NCBI GenBank assembly: GCA_963723515.1
Contig: CAVRQT010000002.1
Span: 256,001 to 320,000, forward strand
Length of the DNA: 64,000 bases
Direction: 5' to 3'
From: Vulcanimicrobiota bacterium
Lineage (GTDB): Bacteria; Vulcanimicrobiota; Vulcanimicrobiia; Vulcanimicrobiales; Vulcanimicrobiaceae
Shown here: in pieces, positions 1-9,000 of the stretch
Numbering within the stretch: position 1 is the first letter of the stretch
Layout of the letters: every line of letters begins with the position of its first letter
The notes under the pieces: generated by a model
What the model saw: only the letters and a program-made list of their open reading frames with translations
Database searches by the model: none
Told to the model about the DNA's origin: nothing
Program-made: the position numbers and the translations under genes

Positions 1-1747
1 TTGCGGCGATGTGTAATGATTGTCGACAAGCCACTGGCCGCAGGCGATGAAATCTTCCCACGTGTGATGTTTTGTCGCGATCATGCCGGCCTGATGCCAC
101 GCTTCGCCGTACCAGCCGCCGCCGCGCGGATGACAAACGGCGTACACGCCGCCGCGTTGCATCCACGCAATCCGCGTTGTTGAAAACGCCGGCTGGAGCG
201 TGATGCCGTACGAGCCGTAGCCTTCCAAATACGTGGGATGGCTGCCGTCGAGTCGAATGCCCTTCTTGTACACGAGCGAGAGCGGAACCATCGTCCCGTC
301 TTGCGCTGCGCGCTTGCACCTCTTGCGACGTGTACGCCGACATATTAACCGGCGCCGGTTTCTTCAAACGCGTATCGGTCACGCTGCCGTTTGCGGCGGC
401 ATAGAAGTAACGCAGCGAGCGCGTCCACCCGGTTAGACCGAAGGTCACGCCGGGAACACGCGAATCCGTTACGATGCCCCCGATTGCGCCGGCATACGGC
501 ACACGAACGGTGCTGCCGCCGCCAACGATATTTCCGCTTTGATCGAGCGAGAATTTTGAAATTTGCCCAAACCCGCCGTCGCGTGCCAAAACGTAGAGTC
601 CGTCCGCAGCAACTTGGGGTGCCTCAACAACCGCACGCCCTGGCGAGACAACCGTTTTCGCGTTGGCAAAATCCGGCGCAGCGAGGGACATCGAAACGAC
701 TTTATATGTCGGCGCATCGTGGTGCGTCAGCAAGTAGATCGTCGAGCCTTTGACATCGAAGCCCGTGACGTCGTTGGAGTCGTCGACGATCTTCTTCCAC
801 GGCGCACGCGCTGCCATCACCGGCGTTTGATCGAGCACGTACAGGACCTGCTCATTCTTAACGCCATGCACGACGATCGCGAACGAATACTTCGAAACCG
901 GCGAGTAGACGATGATCGGAAAGTCGGTTTCAGCAAACGGGATGTTCGGATCGACGCCGTAGCCGAAAATCGGCTGATCTTGATCCGGATTGCGTCCGAG
1001 GACGTGCAGGTAGTTGACTGCGCGCGTTTCCTTATCGGTCTCCGGCTCGCCGGGCTGCAGTTTCGGGAAGCGCACGTAGTAGAATGACTTTCCATCCGGC
1101 AGCCAGCTTGTCGCGCCGACGAAATAAGCGCGATCGATTGCATCAGGCAACGTTCCGCCGGTGGCCACGTTGACGACGTGAATAACAGAAGATTCCGAAC
1201 CACCTTCCGATATGCCGTAAGCGACGTACTTACCGTCAAGCGATGGCAGATAGTAGTTGATCGTGTAGTGTTTGCCGGCGCTGGCGAGCCGGTCGGGATC
1301 GACGAGAATCCGTTCGCGCGTGCTTCCGGCGGTTCGAACGTATAGTTTTTCCGTATTCTGACCCGGTTTGAGCTTTTCGTAAAAATAGAGATTTTTGACG
1401 CGCTGAACGCTCCCAACGCTCTCGCCCGCGTTATCGAGCATCTTGATGCGATTGAAAAGCGCCTGACGCGGTAACCCTAAACGGGCGAGGACGCCGCGCG
1501 TGTAGTTGTTTTGATCTTTGAAGAATTGCTGCACCTGGGGATCGTTCATGTTTTCCATGTAGCGATACGGGTCCGTGACAGTCGTTCCGAAATACGTTTC
1601 GGTCACTGGCCGAACGGGAGCCGGCGGTGGCGGGCTCGGAAAGGCGACGAAAGGTCCCGCGGCCGTTGCCCTAGTGGCTCCAGCAGCAAAGCTCAAACCC
1701 AGCAAGCCAATGGATAGCGCAAGCGCGCTCAAGCGCAACTTCTTCAT
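1..1747 (-). CDS. Secreted prolyl oligopeptidase (S9A), 3' end beyond window, apparent frameshift near 301
   Basis: Not in the ORF track because it has no stop. Manual translation from ATG 1747: signal peptide MKKLRLSALALSIG..., VTETYFGTTVTDPYRYME, SLDGKYVAYGISEGGSE. After a 1-base shift: DGTMVPLSLVYKKG...GYGSYG...RGGGWYGEAWHQAG...WEDFIAC. Confidence 0.9.
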   Translation of the reverse strand, partial: MKKLRLSALALSIGLLGLSFAAGATRATAAGPFVAFPSPPPPAPVRPVTETYFGTTVTDPYRYMENMNDPQVQQFFKDQNNYTRGVLARLGLPRQALFNRIKMLDNAGESVGSVQRVKNLYFYEKLKPGQNTEKLYVRTAGSTRERILVDPDRLASAGKHYTINYYLPSLDGKYVAYGISEGGSESSVIHVVNVATGGTLPDAIDRAYFVGATSWLPDGKSFYYVRFPKLQPGEPETDKETRAVNYLHVLGRNPDQDQPIFGYGVDPNIPFAETDFPIIVYSPVSKYSFAIVVHGVKNEQVLYVLDQTPVMAARAPWKKIVDDSNDVTGFDVKGSTIYLLTHHDAPTYKVVSMSLAAPDFANAKTVVSPGRAVVEAPQVAADGLYVLARDGGFGQISKFSLDQSGNIVGGGSTVRVPYAGAIGGIVTDSRVPGVTFGLTGWTRSLRYFYAAANGSVTDTRLKKPAPVNMSAYTSQEVQARSARRDDGSALARVQEGHSTRRQPSHVFGRLRLVRHHAPAGVFNNADCVDATRRRVRRLSSARRRLVRRSVASGRHDRDKTSHVGRFHRLRPVACRQSLHIAA

Positions 1748-1913
1748 ACGGGCTCTTTCTATGGGCTTTGTGGCCGCCGCCTCTACGAAGCTCGAGGCAT
1801 TGCTTGCAGCGCTTCGCTACACGTAACCGTTTGGCGAGGCGCCCCGACTGGTAGTATATTTAAACCGAAGCAGCCGTCCGCTCACCGTTATCCGTAAAGG
1901 AGGCGATCCACTC

Positions 1914-2483
1914 ATGGACTGTGTCGTTGCCGGAATCGCTCGCACCTCAGATCCAAAGCAACTTGAAGATATTCTGATGGGCTGCGCGCATCTCGACGCA
2001 AAGCGCCTGGCCGTCGTCACAAAGTCGACGCAGACCGATGCTTTCGATAAATCTCCGTTGAACTTTGTACACTCATCCAGCTCGTGGGGAATGGGAAGCG
2101 CCACCGACGGCACCGGCGTCCCGGGAATCGGCAGGCGCACCACGTTCTCCGACCTCGTGCATCATCACGCCGTGCCGCACTATCTCGAGGACATCGCAAT
2201 TTCGCGCGATCTCGCGGAAAACTATAACGTCGCGATTCACGAAGGCCGCAGCGTCGTGACCTTCAAGGCGACGACCGACGAATCAAAGGACGTCGAGAAC
2301 ACGTTTCGCGGATGCGGTCTGGTCAACGTGAGAACGCTTAAACCGCGCGCTGAACAAAAAACGAGCAGCCACGCAAACCTAAAGTCGCTTACTTTGACAG
2401 GTCGTACGTGTGGCAGATATAATGCCCCTCGTCGCTGTCCTGGGGGTGTAGCTCAGCTGGTAGAGCACTTGCTTCGCATGTAA
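1914..2483 (+). CDS. Hypothetical protein; true 3' end probably near 2350-2385 because the ORF runs into the tRNA and its promoter
   Basis: SD AAAGGAGG before ATG 1914 and a protein-like N-terminal 145 aa. Confidence 0.6.
   Translation: MDCVVAGIARTSDPKQLEDILMGCAHLDAKRLAVVTKSTQTDAFDKSPLNFVHSSSSWGMGSATDGTGVPGIGRRTTFSDLVHHHAVPHYLEDIAISRDLAENYNVAIHEGRSVVTFKATTDESKDVENTFRGCGLVNVRTLKPRAEQKTSSHANLKSLTLTGRTCGRYNAPRRCPGGVAQLVEHLLRM
2394..2423 (+). promoter_or_regulatory. Consensus sigma70-type promoter of tRNA-Ala
   Basis: TTGACA (2394-2399), 18-bp spacer, TATAAT (2418-2423), ending 18 nt before the tRNA. Confidence 0.85.
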
Positions 2484-2514
2484 GGGGTCAGCGGTTCGAG
2501 TCCGCTCACCTCCA
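2442..2514 (+). tRNA. tRNA-Ala (anticodon CGC), CCA not encoded
   Basis: GGGGGTG/CACCTCC acceptor stem, D-arm AGCTCAGCTGGTAGAGC, anticodon arm CTTGC-TTCGCAT-GTAAG, T-arm AGCGGTTCGAGTCCGCT. Confidence 0.97.
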
Positions 2515-2520
2515 TATTTG

Positions 2521-2558
2521 AAAAGCCCGCGTTCCTTAAAGGATCGCGGGGTTTTTGT
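2521..2558 (+). terminator. Intrinsic terminator after tRNA
   Basis: AAAAGCCCGCG-TTCCTTAAAGGAT-CGCGGGGTTTTTGT hairpin with T-run. Confidence 0.8.
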
Positions 2559-2659
2559 AATCGCACGGTGACGGCACGCGGCACGCGTATGCTTGGGAAA
2601 GCAGCCCATGCTTACATTCGATGGGCCGATTTACACGCAACGGCAATGAGGAGACGTTC

Positions 2660-3052
2660 ATGTTCAAACGCACAGAATTCCGGCCATCGTTGGGCGCGTT
2701 GGCGCTCGTAACTTTGGTGCTTGCAACCGCCCCCGCCTTGGCCGCGAGCAATTTCCCAACCGGCACCTACGCGGTCAGAGGCGTCGCCGCCACCGCCACG
2801 TTCGATAACAAAGGACAGGTCCGCGTGAACAAGCACGGAGTGATGGAAGTCGCGGCCGATTACGCGGTCAAGGGAGATCAACTTCGGTTGACCGACAAGA
2901 GCGGACCGTGGGCTTGCACGAAAGCCGGCGAACAGACCGGCACGTACCGCTGGAAGTACGACAGCGGTGTGCTAGCATTCACCAAAGTCGCCGACACGTG
3001 CAAACCGCGCGCGGATACCCTGACGAAGTACGTGTGGAAGCGACAGCCGTGA
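2660..3052 (+). CDS. Secreted hypothetical beta-strand protein
   Basis: SD GAGGAG, signal peptide ending PALA, Cys pair (WACTK...DTCKPR). Confidence 0.75.
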   Translation: MFKRTEFRPSLGALALVTLVLATAPALAASNFPTGTYAVRGVAATATFDNKGQVRVNKHGVMEVAADYAVKGDQLRLTDKSGPWACTKAGEQTGTYRWKYDSGVLAFTKVADTCKPRADTLTKYVWKRQP

Positions 3053-3230
3053 GCGCTTGACAGCACTCGCGAACCGCCCTGCGCCGAGTTCGGCTCTTGC
3101 TTCCAGTCCAGGTGTGGGTAACGGCGAGCGACGGTAGTCACCATGACGCCCGCACGAGAGCCGTACGCCGCCAGGGTATTGTTAGCTTGGCTTAAACGGC
3201 GGCTGACAACCCCTACTACGAGGAGGCCCG

Positions 3231-3611
3231 ATGCACACTGTTTTGCTTCTAGTCGTGCTGCTAGTAATACCCGCGATGACGATCGCTAAGGGCGCCGCGC
3301 CCGCAATTCATTCTGCGCGCCTCGACGGCTCGATACCGATTTACCCGAACTCGACGTTAGCAACCATGGGAGGGCCTGGAGAAAACGACCCCAAAATGGC
3401 CGCGGCCCTCAAGGCCGGTACCTCGGCGACCTTCCTCACGAGCGATAGCGAATCCACTGTCGCTACGTGGTATCGCAAACACCTGCCTGGAAGCTATACG
3501 ATGAAGTCATCTGCCGGGACTGCGCAATTCACGTCAGGCGGTAATCAAGTCAACGTTTACTCACACCAGACTGCGACGTATCGCACCAGGATTGTGATAC
3601 TGCCGCGATAG
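3231..3611 (+). CDS. Secreted hypothetical protein
   Basis: SD GAGGAGG, hydrophobic N-terminus, IPIYPNS...VATWYRKHL. Confidence 0.7.
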   Translation: MHTVLLLVVLLVIPAMTIAKGAAPAIHSARLDGSIPIYPNSTLATMGGPGENDPKMAAALKAGTSATFLTSDSESTVATWYRKHLPGSYTMKSSAGTAQFTSGGNQVNVYSHQTATYRTRIVILPR

Positions 3612-3841
3612 CAGTGAATCCCCGAAGACGCCTGCACTCGGGGAATGGGAAACTATCGCACGGAGAGAGATTGCGAGGGCGACGTTTCCCGGGTTACCGA
3701 CCCTCGGGACGGCGGTTTTCCTAAGCGTACGCCCGGGAGGCGGATGGCCTTGCGACGCAAGTTGCGGAACGTGGCGAGGTGATTGCACTTGCGTTGATAA
3801 CGGTTCTTTAAACAATACGCTTCTACCGGTGGTAAGAGCCG

Positions 3842-6649
3842 ATGTCGATTAAAGCCGCTGCGTCCAGAACTGCAAAGCATTCGCCTCCTACAGGAATGGT
3901 AACGTTCTTATTTAGCGACATCGAAGGCAGCACCTCACGCTGGGAAGACCGCAGTGCGCAGATGCAGGCGGCGTTGCGGCGGCACGACGAGCTCTTGCGA
4001 TCGGTCATTGAGAACCATGGCGGTTACGTCTTTAAGACCGTCGGCGATGAGTTTTGCACGGCGTTCGCTGATGTGCGGAACGCGATTGCGGCGGCGCTCG
4101 CCTCGCAGCGCGCGATTGGCGCCGAAGACTGGAGCGCGGTGGATGGCTTGCGGGTTCGCATGGCGATCCATGGCGGCCTTACCGATGAACGGAACGGCGA
4201 TTATTACGGAACGGTCGTTAACCGCGTCGCGCGCATTCTCGCGACCGCCCACGGCGGACAGGTAATAACTTCTGGGACAGTAGCCGATGTTGCGCGGGAG
4301 CGACTGCCGCCTCAGGCGTCGCTGCGCGACTTAGGCTCCCATCGTCTGCGTGATCTAGCGCGCCCCGAGCGGCTTTACCAGCTCGTCGCGCCGGGTTTGC
4401 AATTCGATTTTCCGCCACCGCGTTCGCTTGAAACACGTTCCAACAACTTGCCGGTGCAACTTACGAGTTTTATCGCGCGTACGGCGGAAGTTGCAGAAAT
4501 TGCTGAACTTCTTGAGGGCGCTCATCTCGTAACGCTGATCGGCGCTGGCGGAATCGGAAAAACGCGCACCGCGTTGCAAGTGGCCGCCGACGCTCTCGAT
4601 AGCTATCCCGACGGCGTATGGCTGGTCGAACTCGCACAACTGGCGGATCCGGCGCTTGTCGCGAGCGCAATCGCGCAGGTCTTCAATATTGAAGATCGGG
4701 GCGGCTCCCGGCCGCTCATCGACGACGTCGTTATTGCGCTCAAGGATAAACATGCTCTCATCCTGCTCGACAATTGCGAGCACTTAGTGGCTGCGGCAGC
4801 TGACGCTGCCGAAAACATTCTGCGCCGCTGCCCAAACATCAAAATGCTTGCAACGAGCCGCGAGCCGCTAGGCATTGCAGGCGAACAGTCATATCGCATG
4901 CCCTCGCTTGCAGTCCCGCCCATAACGGATCGATTGAGCGCCAACGATGCGATGGAATATGGAGCGGTTGCTCTTTTCGTTGCTCGCGCGCACTCAGTTC
5001 AGGAAAAGTTTATCCTCACTGATAGCACGGCTCCGATAGTCGCGGAAATCGTGCGACGCTTGGACGGCATCGCTCTTGCGATCGAACTGGCGGCGCCGCG
5101 CATCAACGTGCTCAGTATCGAGCAACTCGCGCAACGACTTGACGAGCGCTTCAAGATACTGACCGGTGGAAGCCGCACTGCTTTGCCACGGCAACAGACT
5201 CTGCGCGCCATGATCGACTGGAGCTACGATCTGCTCAGCGAGGCGGAGCGCAGTCTACTGCGACAGTTAGCGATCTTTCGGGGCGGTTGCACGCTGGAAG
5301 CGGTGAGCGCGGTCTGCATCGATGACGGGTGGGGTGACGATGAAGTGCTGTCGCTGCTTTCCGCCCTCGTTGACAAGTCGCTCGTTGTCACGGAATTGCA
5401 AGACGATAAACATCGCTATCAACTTTTGGAGTCAACACGCCAGTATTCGCAAGAGCGCCTACAACAGGCCGGCGATTTGAACAGCGTTGCGGCGCGTCAC
5501 TCTGAGCACTATCGCGCGCTCGCCGAGCAGTTGGAGGACGAGTTCTGGACAACGAACACGAAGCGTTGGTTTCAACGCGCCCGCGGCGAGTTAGAGAACT
5601 ATCGCGCTGCGATTGACTGGGGGCTTGTCGGCGGCAACGCGCCCGAGGCGGCCGCTGCGATCGTTGCCAGTTTGCGGTCTTTGTGGTTCGAGTCGTTTCG
5701 GCGTGAAGGACGCGCGCTCGTTGCGCGCGCTCTCGACTCGTTTGGCGATAATGATCAATCGCAGCTCTTCGGGCGTCTCTTGCTCGCGTCGGCGGTCTTT
5801 GATAGCGATAGCGGACGGGGTGCGAAAGCAGCAGAGGAAGCGGTGGCCATCCTTGCGCGGGGCGAGGATCGCGCGAGCCAAATCAACGCACTTCGCGCCC
5901 TCGCAGCATGCCGGGCACGAGGGGGAAATGTTGAGCAAGCGCTGCACAACTACGACGAAGCGTTGGCTCTCGCTCGCACGACACGACTCCCGACGCTCAT
6001 TGCGCAAGTCGCAAGCGAAATGGGCGGCTGGGTTAGCATTAGTGGCGACTCCGAACGCGGACGAGTTCTCCTTGAAGAAGCGCTCGCTATCGATCGCTCG
6101 CATGGAGACCGCCAAAGAATGGCGACCGTGCTGACGAATCTTGGCGAACTGCGGTTCGCCGGAGGCGACGTTCGCGGTGCGCTCGAGAACGTTCGGGAGG
6201 CCGAAACAATTGCTCGCGAGCTTGGCAGCGAGTACCGGCGCATGGCGACATCGGTCAATATGGCGGCGTACCTTCTCGCGCTCGACGAACGTGCCGATGC
6301 ATGGGCTCGTGCGCGTGAAGGTCTCGAGCTCGCGCTAGGACGTGAACAGACGCTTCCAGCAGCGATGGCGATCGGCCATCTTGCGCAGCTGGCTGTCTTG
6401 GCAGGCAAGAATGTTTCTGCCGCTCGCCTGAATGGTTATGTCGATGCCGTGTATGCTCGTCAAAACGCGGTCCGCGAACCGACTGAGCAACGAGGGCGCG
6501 ATAAGACAACCGCGATGCTGCGCGACGCTCTTACCGAAAACCAGTTAGCCGCGCTATTGGCGGAGGGCGCATCGATGGACGAAGCTACAGCCGTCGCGGA
6601 AGCCATGGCGGTTCCGCAGCCGCACAGCGACGATGTAGAAACTGCATAG
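3842..6649 (+). CDS. Class III adenylate/guanylate cyclase domain + NB-ARC-like ATPase + TPR protein
   Basis: TFLFSDIEGST, KTVGDEF, VNRVARI; Walker A GAGGIGKT, LLDNCEH, LDGIALAIELAA, RQQTLRAMIDWSY; C-terminal TPR-like helices. Confidence 0.92.
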   Translation: MSIKAAASRTAKHSPPTGMVTFLFSDIEGSTSRWEDRSAQMQAALRRHDELLRSVIENHGGYVFKTVGDEFCTAFADVRNAIAAALASQRAIGAEDWSAVDGLRVRMAIHGGLTDERNGDYYGTVVNRVARILATAHGGQVITSGTVADVARERLPPQASLRDLGSHRLRDLARPERLYQLVAPGLQFDFPPPRSLETRSNNLPVQLTSFIARTAEVAEIAELLEGAHLVTLIGAGGIGKTRTALQVAADALDSYPDGVWLVELAQLADPALVASAIAQVFNIEDRGGSRPLIDDVVIALKDKHALILLDNCEHLVAAAADAAENILRRCPNIKMLATSREPLGIAGEQSYRMPSLAVPPITDRLSANDAMEYGAVALFVARAHSVQEKFILTDSTAPIVAEIVRRLDGIALAIELAAPRINVLSIEQLAQRLDERFKILTGGSRTALPRQQTLRAMIDWSYDLLSEAERSLLRQLAIFRGGCTLEAVSAVCIDDGWGDDEVLSLLSALVDKSLVVTELQDDKHRYQLLESTRQYSQERLQQAGDLNSVAARHSEHYRALAEQLEDEFWTTNTKRWFQRARGELENYRAAIDWGLVGGNAPEAAAAIVASLRSLWFESFRREGRALVARALDSFGDNDQSQLFGRLLLASAVFDSDSGRGAKAAEEAVAILARGEDRASQINALRALAACRARGGNVEQALHNYDEALALARTTRLPTLIAQVASEMGGWVSISGDSERGRVLLEEALAIDRSHGDRQRMATVLTNLGELRFAGGDVRGALENVREAETIARELGSEYRRMATSVNMAAYLLALDERADAWARAREGLELALGREQTLPAAMAIGHLAQLAVLAGKNVSAARLNGYVDAVYARQNAVREPTEQRGRDKTTAMLRDALTENQLAALLAEGASMDEATAVAEAMAVPQPHSDDVETA

Positions 6650-6699
6650 GGAGCTGTACCGCAAATTCGTAGGTCGCCGCTTGCGACAAGGAGTCGTCT

Positions 6700-7113
6700 A
6701 TGCGTACCATCACGCTAACGCTGATAGCAACACTCATGTTCACCGTCGGGCCACCGGTTGCCGCGCAGCCTTCCCCGCCGATAACCCCGACGGTTGCGTG
6801 CCGTCCAATATTAACCGCTTCCGGCGCAATGTTCATGATCGCACTGCCCGCAGATCACACGACTGGCTTCAGTTGGGTACTTGAAGAGCCGCTGAAGCGA
6901 GCTAGCATCGCGTACCGCGGCAAACGCTACGTTCCGGCCGGCACCGCAACTCCGGGAGCGATGGGCTCGGAAGTATGGACGTTTGCCGCCATTCGCCCGG
7001 GCAAGATGCTGCTTTCTCTAAAGTACATACGACCGTCGGACAACCCGCCGGCAGCGGGCGAAGAATCATTTTTCGTCGTCATCGTGCGCGACTATTCGGT
7101 GAGCGCGCGCTGA
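6700..7113 (+). CDS. Chagasin-like cysteine protease inhibitor (I42), secreted
   Basis: Signal peptide; DHTTGFSW (NPTTGY-W loop), GAMGSEVWTFAA, LKYIRP. Confidence 0.8.
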   Translation: MRTITLTLIATLMFTVGPPVAAQPSPPITPTVACRPILTASGAMFMIALPADHTTGFSWVLEEPLKRASIAYRGKRYVPAGTATPGAMGSEVWTFAAIRPGKMLLSLKYIRPSDNPPAAGEESFFVVIVRDYSVSAR

Positions 7114-7223
7114 TGAAACGAATCGTCGTTTGCACGCCACTCGTCGGGGCATTTCTGTTCACCGCGGTGCCGATGCCGGCGTTATCCGCCAACACCGATG
7201 GCACTTGTCAAAAACCGTCCTAG
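7113..7223 (+). CDS. Possible 36-aa secreted peptide or gene fragment
   Basis: ATG overlaps the upstream TGA (TGATG); MKRIVVCTPLVGAFLFTAVPMPALSANTDGTCQKPS is mostly signal-peptide-like. Confidence 0.4.
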   Translation: MKRIVVCTPLVGAFLFTAVPMPALSANTDGTCQKPS

Positions 7224-7256
7224 TTTGGGAAGATAGCTCAAGTTCGGAGGCTCGTC

Positions 7257-8240
7257 ATGGTCAAGAGTTTCGTTTTTATCGCGTGCGTTGCTGTCGTTGT
7301 GTTTTTCGTCCCCACCGGCGTTCATGCGCAGACCCTCGTCAATGCGGCCGGCAGCTGGAACATCACTTCCACCGGCGAGGCATTCGCGACCGGCCTCGTC
7401 AGAATAGCGCAGCGAGATTTAAGCATTACCGGCACCTACGGGCAAGGAGGCCGGATCGACGGCAAATTCCAGCCCGGTACATCGCAGGTTGACGCCAATT
7501 GGCGTGACTCGCGAGGCGACGGCTGGATGACGATCGTCTTTGCCGCCGACGGCAGCCGATTTTCAGGCCAATGGGGCCGCCCCGGCAGTAACGCGAGTGG
7601 CCAATTCGTCGCGGTTCGCGCGCCCTATCCTAGCGTTAGCGGAGACTACAACGTTACCGTCACCGGCGGTCCTGAGTTTACAACGCGCCGGATAAGTTTG
7701 CATCAATTGGCATTAGATGTCGTCGGGAATTACGGGCCGGGAACTCAGTTGAACGGCGCGATGGCGACAAATGCAAACACTTTGACCGGCACGTGGAAGG
7801 GAACCAACGCCAACGGCTGGCTCAAGCTACAGTTTGCCGACGACAGCAAGAGCTTTCAAGGCACGTGGGGTCTAGCGTCTGATGCCGCGCCCTCCGGACA
7901 GATCACGGGCAGCGTTGTCAGTACCGCTCAGCTTCGGATCGCAGGAGTGTGGCAGATCGCCTCCAGCGGTGCGGCTTTTACGGCAAACATGCTCAAAATC
8001 CAGCAGAAAGGGCAAACGATCACGGGCTCTTACAAAGGCGGCCGCCTGCAAGGCACGCTTCCGCGCGGTTCATCCTTGCTCAGCGGGAACTGGAAAGACT
8101 CGCACGACGCGGGCGTTTTGCTTTTCAAGTTCGCCCCGGACGGTATGAGCTTTCAAGGCACCTGGACTACGAAGAGGCAGTACGAAGGGAGCATTATCGG
8201 AAAACGCCTCATCGCAGGAACGCCAGCCTTACGGCATTAG
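7257..8240 (+). CDS. Secreted protein with three tandem ~100-aa beta-rich repeats
   Basis: SD GGAGG; signal peptide ending VHA; repeated G-W/Y...Q...G-Y...G-W...FA-D--F-G-W units. Confidence 0.8.
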   Translation: MVKSFVFIACVAVVVFFVPTGVHAQTLVNAAGSWNITSTGEAFATGLVRIAQRDLSITGTYGQGGRIDGKFQPGTSQVDANWRDSRGDGWMTIVFAADGSRFSGQWGRPGSNASGQFVAVRAPYPSVSGDYNVTVTGGPEFTTRRISLHQLALDVVGNYGPGTQLNGAMATNANTLTGTWKGTNANGWLKLQFADDSKSFQGTWGLASDAAPSGQITGSVVSTAQLRIAGVWQIASSGAAFTANMLKIQQKGQTITGSYKGGRLQGTLPRGSSLLSGNWKDSHDAGVLLFKFAPDGMSFQGTWTTKRQYEGSIIGKRLIAGTPALRH

Positions 8241-8291
8241 CGCAGAACGCGCGCGTCTTCCAACTGGGTTTGACGACCAGCGTTTTGCACA

Positions 8292-8918
8292 TCACCAGTG
8301 TAATGCGCCGGCCGCATGCGGTCGGACCCAGACGATAAGGTCCCAAATTGTCGGAAACTCGAAGATCGTCGTGACCGCATCCGCGGTGGGCGCTCGATTC
8401 ATTTTAACGAGCGTGTCCGCTGACGGTTTCGATATGTTGCCACCGGCATTGACGAAGTCGCCGTTCCAAACCCACTGGTCGTAGATCGTCTTGCCGCTGC
8501 TTGGATCTTTGATGACGAAGTGCACGTGCCCATTGAACTCATACCATCGGCCGGGATTGATGCCCCAAAGTTGCGGTCGCGGCTCGTTATTGGGACGCGG
8601 CACCGAAAAGTCGGCACCCATCAGATTTCCGTTTGCGTCGTACCACAGTTGGCTCGGATGCGTTGGATCCGACGTCCACTGCTGATTGGCGTAGCTAATT
8701 GCGCCCGTATCGTCCGGAGCCGTGTATCGCACGTAACCGGCTTTTAACGCGTCGCCGACGTGCGGGAAGCGTGCCGTGATGTCGCGTCGCACCGACGCGA
8801 CGAACTGCGCCTCTGTGGACGAGAGCGGACCGTTGTATGTCGGCTGCTCGTCCGCCCGAGCGGGCGCGGCGAAACTGCAGCAAATGGCAAGAAAAGCTAC
8901 CGCTAGAAGAGCCTTCAT
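8292..8918 (-). CDS. Secreted hypothetical protein
   Basis: SD GAGGAGAAGG before MKALLAVAFLAICCSFAAPARA; globular domain with GHVH. Confidence 0.75.
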   Translation of the reverse strand: MKALLAVAFLAICCSFAAPARADEQPTYNGPLSSTEAQFVASVRRDITARFPHVGDALKAGYVRYTAPDDTGAISYANQQWTSDPTHPSQLWYDANGNLMGADFSVPRPNNEPRPQLWGINPGRWYEFNGHVHFVIKDPSSGKTIYDQWVWNGDFVNAGGNISKPSADTLVKMNRAPTADAVTTIFEFPTIWDLIVWVRPHAAGALHW

Positions 8919-9000
8919 CGAACCTTCTCCTCGCTGATCAACGTCTTTTCGTGAAAACGCAAAAGCCGTACAAGTGTGACATCGCCTCCCCCTGGATCTT

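Noticed and set aside
563..1416. Shadow ORFs over the oligopeptidase (and the many similar Arg-rich ORFs in the track)
   Set aside because: They are alternative-frame or antisense artefacts of GC-rich coding DNA.
2350..2483. Protein-coding overlap with the tRNA and its promoter
   Set aside because: More likely a missed stop from an indel than a real overlap.
1876..2514. tRNA-Ala as an integration site; 11-bp match GTCCGCTCACC at 1876-1886 and 2500-2510
   Set aside because: The match is short and on the upstream side. No integrase or downstream att repeat was seen.
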